In this document: positions 57,301-64,000 of the stretch, in pieces | Numbering within the stretch: the first letter of the stretch is position 1 | Layout of the letters: every line of letters starts with the position of its first letter | DNA from: Lama guanicoe | Taxonomy: Eukaryota | NCBI GenBank assembly: GCA_013239625.1 | Contig: MU054323.1 | Span: forward strand, 8,855,220 to 8,919,219 | DNA length: 64,000 nucleotides | Direction of reading: 5' to 3' | Notes under the pieces: generated by a model | Database searches by the model: none | What the model was told of the DNA's origin: nothing | The model's input: the letters and a program-made list of their open reading frames with translations, nothing else | Translations under genes and position numbers: made by a program

Positions 57301-60300
57301 GTTCTTATTTTCCAGATCCAGGATCCAATCAAGGATAATGCATTACTTTTAGTTATCACATCTCTTTAGTTTCCTTTAGCTGAGTTCCTCAGCTGTTCTT
57401 GATGTCTTTCATTACATTGCTATTTTAGAAGTCTGGATCAATTGTTTTCCAGAAGTGCCTCACTTTGTATTTGCCTGATTGTTTCGTCATTATATTCACA
57501 TTGAATTTCGGGACAGGAGGCCTGCCTAGATGAGGGCTGTGCCTATGTCAGTGTTTCCCATGAGGAGGCTCCTGATATCAGTTTGTTCCTTTATTGCTGA
57601 TGCTACGTTTGATCATTTGGTCAAGGTGGTGTCAGATTTCTCTGTATCTTATTCCTCAGCCATCTTTCATCCACGATTGTAGCATTCACTGATGATTCTT
57701 GATTGAATCAGTTATTACTCTGGTGATTTTTCTATTTCTATCCTTCTGTCTACATTTATTAATAGGCATTCTTCTGTAAAGAAAATCTCTCTTCTCTCCT
57801 GCAGCTTATCTATGCTTGTCAGTTTCATACTGATACGGACCCATGAATTTTTGTTGTTGCTGTGTTTTAATCCATGCTTGTCATTATTCATTTTAAAGCT
57901 CAAATGAGAGTTCATTCAAGTTGGCCCCTGTGTTCTAGTGACATATCTATCCACATTAGCATTTGAACACTCTGCTGTGTTTCTTTTAGCAAAAAAAGAA
58001 AACCTCCTTTTCTCTTTATGCAATATGTATATTCTTTTGTGCCTTGCATTTTTGCTTAGGATATGCTGAAAATCACTCCACTTCAGTTTATAAATCTCTT
58101 CTTCATTATTTACATTTGTCTGTGTGTGTATGTAAAATAGTTTACCCAGTCATCTTTTATGTAGGAGCACAAAAATGTTGGCACACATTCATTTTGTACA
58201 CTCCCTCATTCCAGCCTTAGACTCAATCATTTTTCCAAGGAATCCTGGTTGTGGTTAGTGGAGATTGGTATTTAGAAAGCTAGGTGCTAGGTATGCTCAC
58301 TGCTACTGGTGTGTCTTTGCCCCTAAGTCCTTTCAGTACAAAGAACAAGGAAATAAATAAATATTTTCACACATGTACAAATATATACACATATATGTAT
58401 ACACACACACAAACACACATATATTCTCCTTCTCGTCCCTATTTTCCTGTAGTGAGAATGTTGATTTCCAGCATCATCAATATATTTACCCATTTGTTCA
58501 GTCCTACAATAAATGACAGTTTTGAAATTGCTACCCTAATACCATTGTCATCAACAAACTTACCAATAAGTGGTCAAGATTTTTGCAGTTCTTTTTGTCC
58601 TTGGATCACATCCCACTCAAGATAGATAAAGTGTTCAAAAGTTACTTGTATTAAATATTTTCTTTTTCTCTGTGGTTATGTTACTAATGTGATATATGAT
58701 TAGGTTCATTTTTGACTTTTAACTTATTTTCAATTTTAGAATTTTTTCAGTTTTTGACTATGTAAAACATAACATGATTTAAAAGTCAGAACTGTAGAAA
58801 AAGGAATTATCTCCTTTCCTTCTGTATTCCTTCCATCCCATTCCCATTCATCACTGTAAGTAACCAATTTGTTAGTGATTGACTTATCCTCCTGTGTTTC
58901 TTTTTACAAAAAAAGTGTGTGTGTGTATATATTTGCACTTCTTTCTTATACAGGAAACAGCATACATTGCTCAAGGGTCAGCTGTATATTGTAAATATTT
59001 GGGGGTGGTTAACCATGCAACATTCTTTGCTTTAATTTTTCTGGAGTTGAACTTATCAATCTGTCTTTTATTGAATATGGATCTTGAGGAACAGAAAGCT
59101 CCCCTCCCACCCGCATCCCCAGAATTTAAAGGAACTCCACCTGTGTTTTCTTCTACTAAAAATGGTCTCTCTCTCTTTTTTTTTTTTTTACATTTTGATC
59201 TTCAATTCATTAGGAGTTTATTCTTGTATATGGGGTGAGGTATGGATCCAATTTTGTTTTTCTAAATGATCATCCAGTTGTCCCAAAATATATTTTTAAA
59301 GTCCATCTTGTCCTGAGCAATTTGAGATGCTACTGGTATCAAACACTCAGTTCCCATGTGCCCTGGTTTATTTCTAGACTTTTTGTTCTGTTCTACTGGT
59401 CTGTCTATTGATGTGCTGGTGCCATACTGTTTTATTATAGAGGCTTTATAGTATGTTTAATGTCTGAGAAGGTTAGTCCTCCCTTCATTACTCTTCTGTA
59501 AACTGCTGTCTTTTTTCCATATGAACTTTAAAATGAATGTGTCTAGCTTCAAATTATGTAAAATTTTAAATATTTCTTGTTAATGGTAGTTAATGGTATA
59601 AATGGGTAGTGATATAGCCCAGATTTCATTGATCTTTTCCCCACAGGGCAGTCTGACATACAGCCTAGAGTCTGAGTACTGCATACTGGCCAGCTTCATT
59701 CTGAGTGGTTAGATTTTTGTTCTTAGACTCAGGGTCTTTGTCAATCATTTGTTAAATATTTTCCACCCTCTAAAAGGGTAGATTTTGGCCCAAATGTTTT
59801 AGTAATTACATTAAATGTAAGTGGAATAAATGCTCTAGTTAAAATCTACTTTAGATGGAAAATAACGTATATTTAGATTTCAGTTTATTTTGCATCCAAT
59901 AATATGACAAAGGGATATAGAAAGGTTGAAAGTAAAAGAGTGGGAAGATATACTGTGCAAATGCCAACCAAATGAAAATTCTATAGCAATATTAATATCC
60001 GACATAATAACTTAAGTCAGAAAACATTATACTAGAGACAAAGAGGGTCTTCATAGTAATAAAATATTTAATTCACCAGGAATAAATTATGATTTTAAAT
60101 AACAAAATATATAGAGCAAAACTCTGCAGTACTCAAAGGAGAAATAAATCCACAATCATAGTGAGAAATTTTACACATTGTGTAGTAACCTTTGGAAAAA
60201 AGCAGATGAAAGCTTAGGAGTAATATAGATTTGAACATTAAGATTAGCAGATTTGACCAAATGGACATAGACAATATTCTCCCCATCTTCCATTCCCCCA

Positions 60301-61965
60301 CAGGCAGAAAGGGAAGCTCTGAAAAGACACTATTTTTCTATCTTGTTTTTTTAAATTGAAGAATAGTTGATTTACAATATTGTATTAGTTTAAGGTATAC
60401 AGCAAAGTGATTCAGTTTTATGTATTTTTTCTAATTATTTTCCATAATAGATTATTATAAGATATTGAATATAGTTCCCTGTGCTATATGGTAAATCCTT
60501 GTTGCTTATCTATTTTATGTATAGTAGTTTGTATCTGTTAATCCCATACTCCTAATTTATCCCTCCCCGACTCCCTTTCCCTTTTGGTAACCAAAAGTTT
60601 GTTTATGAAGACACACTATTTTTAACACTTGCAGAATACATCTTATCATTAAGCACATAGAATTTCTTAAATTAATCATAAACTGGGACTAAAGTCTTAA
60701 AACATTTCAAAGGGTTGAAATTAAAATGTATATTCTTATCACAATGCAACTTTGTTAGATAATTAGACAAGCCCTATATGTCTAGAAGTCTTTTAATGAA
60801 CTACTAAATAACCCACGGATCAAAGAAGAAATCATTATGGAAACAAGAAAATAGCTGGAACAGGATGATAAAAATTTTACATATCATAACTGGTAGAATA
60901 AAGCTAAAGTAGTAATTAGGAGAAATTTGTATCTTCAAATGCACAATTTAGATGAAAAAGCTAAAAGTCAATGATCTAGGCAGTCATCTCAAGAAGTAAG
61001 TTAGAGAAAGAACAGCAAAATAAATCCAAAGAAAGTAGAAGTAGTTTTATGTCGCATCTCAATAAAGCTGGGGAGGTGGGGAGAAAGCCGAAGTAAGGAA
61101 ATACTAAAGACAAAGGCATAACCTATTGAAACAGAAAACATACAGGAAGTTGGTTCTTTGAAGGGATTAATTAAAACTGACAAATCTCTAGCAGGTTAGA
61201 TAAAGGAAAAGGAAAGAGAGAGAGAACACCCAATCAGAAAAACAAAGGAGACACTACTACGTTTGAATAACTTTGTCGATACATATGAAAATGTAAATTA
61301 AATGGAAATATTGCTAGAAAATATAACTCTGCAAGGCTGATTCAAAAAACCACCCCAAATTCTCAATAGTATTATCACCTTCAAATAAATTGAATCTGTA
61401 GCCAAAACTCTTCATCAACAAGAACTATCGGCTTGTATGGCTTCACTGATAAGTTATACCAAATGCTGAAAAAGAGTTCCAAACTTATACAGACTCTTTC
61501 AGAATATAAAACCCAAAAAGGAAACATTCTCCAACTCATGAGTCTAACATAACCTCAATACCAAAAGCCTGACAAGAACAGAAGAGAGGAAAATTACAGG
61601 CCAGCCTCACACGTGAAAATAGATGACAATAATCCTAAACAAAATATTGGCAACTGGAATGTAGCAATACATTTGAAGAAAAAAATGTCCAATTAACTTA
61701 TGAAGCTGTGTTCACAAGTTAGTAATTATTTGTAATCAGAGAAATTTAAGTTAAAATCACAATGAAGTATCATTACCATAAATACCAGATTGGCTAAAAT
61801 TAAACCACCTGACAATACCACATGTTGGAATGATAAAAGAGCAAAAAGATCTGCCATACACCAATGGTGGAAATGTTAATTGATGTTACATCCACTTAGG
61901 AAAAACAGTTTGGTACTGCCTACTAAAATTTGAGTTACACAACCTAGCAATTCCACTCCTTAAAG

Positions 61966-62334
61966 CAGTGATTCAAAGTGTGGTTCCTGGGCCTACAGTA
62001 TCAGCATTACCTGGAATCTCATTAGAAATGCCAAATTGCTAGGCTCCACTCTTACTTATTCAATTAGCAATTAGGGTCCAGCAGTTGTCTTCTCCTTCTC
62101 CTTCCCTTTCCCCTTCCCCACCTCCTCCTTCCGCCTCCTCCACTTCCTCCTCCTCTTCCTCCTTCTCCCCCCACCTTTTTTTTTCTTATAGAGGCACTGG
62201 GGATTGAACCCAGGACCTCCTGCATGCTAAGTATGCACTCTACCACTTGAGCTGTACCCTCCCCCCATCAGCAATCTTTGTTTTAACAAGCCCTCCAAAT
62301 GATTCTGATGCATGTTAAAGTTTGAGAACCCCTG
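61966..62334. mobile_element. MER5A-like MITE, interrupted by a SINE
   Basis: cagtgattcaaagtgtggttcc...aacaagccctccaaatgattctgatgcatgttaaagtttgagaacccctg; degenerate 8-bp flanks ccttaaag / ccatagag. Confidence 0.8.
62090..62266 (-). mobile_element. Short tRNA-derived SINE (camelid type) with purine-rich tail
   Basis: Reverse complement ggggggagggtacagctcaagtggtagagtgcatacttagcatgcaggaggtcctgggttcaatccccagtgcctc, then A tail and GGA-rich extension. Confidence 0.9.
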
Positions 62335-64000
62335 CCATAGAGAAATAGAAACATATGTCCACCAAGACACATGGACCAGGATGTTTTTAATAGCACTGTT
62401 TATAATAGCCAAACACGGAAAACAAGTCAAATGTCCATCAACATCATAGTGGATAAATAAATTATGGAATACTTATATAATGCAATAAAATAAAAAAGTG
62501 AACACATCTCAGCTATACAAAATAGCATGGATAATTCAAACATAATGGTGAGTAAATATTTAAGAACAAAAAATGCATTTTTGTATACATATAGAAAAAG
62601 GTTCTTGTTGAACTATATACATGTTTTAAGAACCCAAAACTGCCTCCAGCCCTAATCTTTTTTTAGAATTCCGGGCTGGCATATAACTAGTACTTGCCAC
62701 ATAATGTGTGCTCAGTATGACAGGCCTCATTCTTTACAACTGTGATTTTTAGTGACTGCAGAGTGTTTTGTAATATGTATATATCATATTTATTTAACCA
62801 GGTCCTTGCTGATGGCCTTTTCAAGAATATGAATTTGGCTGCCCTAACACACTGAAAATTCTATGAGGTGAGAGACCATGTATGTCTTTTTCTAAGAAGT
62901 ACCTGCTATTCAATAATTTTTTAATTGAGTTTGCTTTTCCAAATTAATTTTTCTGTAAGAAAAAAATGCCCTGGCCAGTTTTACTTATCTTTGTTACAAC
63001 ATAAATTGATTCCTTATAAATTTTGTTTTCAGTGAACTAACTCTAGAGAATGTAGTCAATTCTGGGTGTAGTGACAAAATAAGTGTTCTAGACTTGGAAA
63101 AAGAGACCATCAATTCTGGACTACTGTGATCCTCTAAGGTCATTTAATTTCCCTATATGATAGTCTTCTCTGTCTCAATGCAACAGCATCTAGGAAATGA
63201 GTCAAGACTTGGAGTTAGAAATCCATCTCTCTCACATTTTCTGAAAGTATCTACTTAAAGTACCCCAGCTTTTAAAAATGTACTTCACCCTGTATTCTAA
63301 TGTGTGATTTGGAACATATGACACCATACTTGGCCCTCTAAGGAGTGCTGGCTCCAGAGAAGATGCTTATAGGGCAGAACAGGCCACTTGCAAGGCCTGC
63401 TCCTTTGAAATCTTGCCTCCATACTTTCTGGTTTATCACAAGGGGTCCAGCCCAACCCTAGAAGAATCATAAAGTAGATTCCCTGAGCATTGGCCATCAG
63501 AGTAGAGCTCAAGGGCAGCTGCAGGAAGGGGCAGCAGGTGCATGGCTCAGAGAAGAGACTTAAGCAGCAAGCACACTGGCTGGACCCTTGGAATGCCCAT
63601 TGTGATGTCATATGGAGTCACAGCTTTAAGGGAGAAAACTGTTTGGCTGAGAGGGAATGGGGTTGAGTAATGGCGCCGATTTGGGGGCTGATCATCCCAC
63701 TGCCACCATATGTCAGCCTTCTAGTATTATCTGGTTTCCTTATCTGGGGGCTTTGGGTGCTGTTTTCTGGGAAGAAGAGTAGGGAGCATGTGGCAGCCAA
63801 GACAGACTCAGAGGTATGTGATGCAACACTCTCTTGAAATTCGCTGTTCCCTGCCCCTGGAGACATAGAAATTCCTAATCTTGGGTCATGGGAGGAATCA
63901 ACGGCAGGAAAAGGGAAGTTGGAATAGTGCCTATGGATGTCTTCCTATAAGTCACTCTCAATTCTTTTCCTTTCAATTCTTTTCAACCTTGAGCACTTGT

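Larger units (their letters stand above)
56730..62560. mobile_element. Mosaic of old LINE-1 fragments in both orientations
   Basis: T-rich antisense L1-like blocks (about 56980-59560, and 60345-60605 as an L1 3' end) and A-rich sense ORF2 fragments (about 59800-62560, including endonuclease-region text and gcaattccactcct). Boundaries approximate. Confidence 0.7.

Noticed and set aside
62176..62266. tRNA gene (also 54252-54341)
   Set aside because: A and B boxes are present, but the A-rich tails, divergence between copies and insertion inside another element indicate SINEs.

Overview
Mammalian genomic DNA; the gene order matches human 2p23.3. The species is probably a camelid, inferred from the tRNA-derived SINE type. 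From left to right the window holds the 3' half of NRBP1 (+), complete KRTCAP3 (+, 240 aa), complete IFT172 (-, 48 exons, 1749 aa, one GC-AG intron), complete FNDC4 (-), and a heavily decayed GCKR pseudogene (+). GCKR exons 1-12 are recognisable but carry stops, frameshifts and dead splice sites; exon 13 onward is not found in the window. Introns contain L1, L2, MIR, hAT-Charlie and SINE repeats. I found no convincing new biological system. The best leads are the GCKR loss, a 48-bp inverted repeat bracketing GCKR exon 9 that overlaps a cryptic acceptor, a 24-nt NRBP1 microexon, an overlapping uORF in FNDC4, and several promoter motifs. Gene and repeat identities come from my recall of orthologous proteins and repeat consensi, not from database searches.
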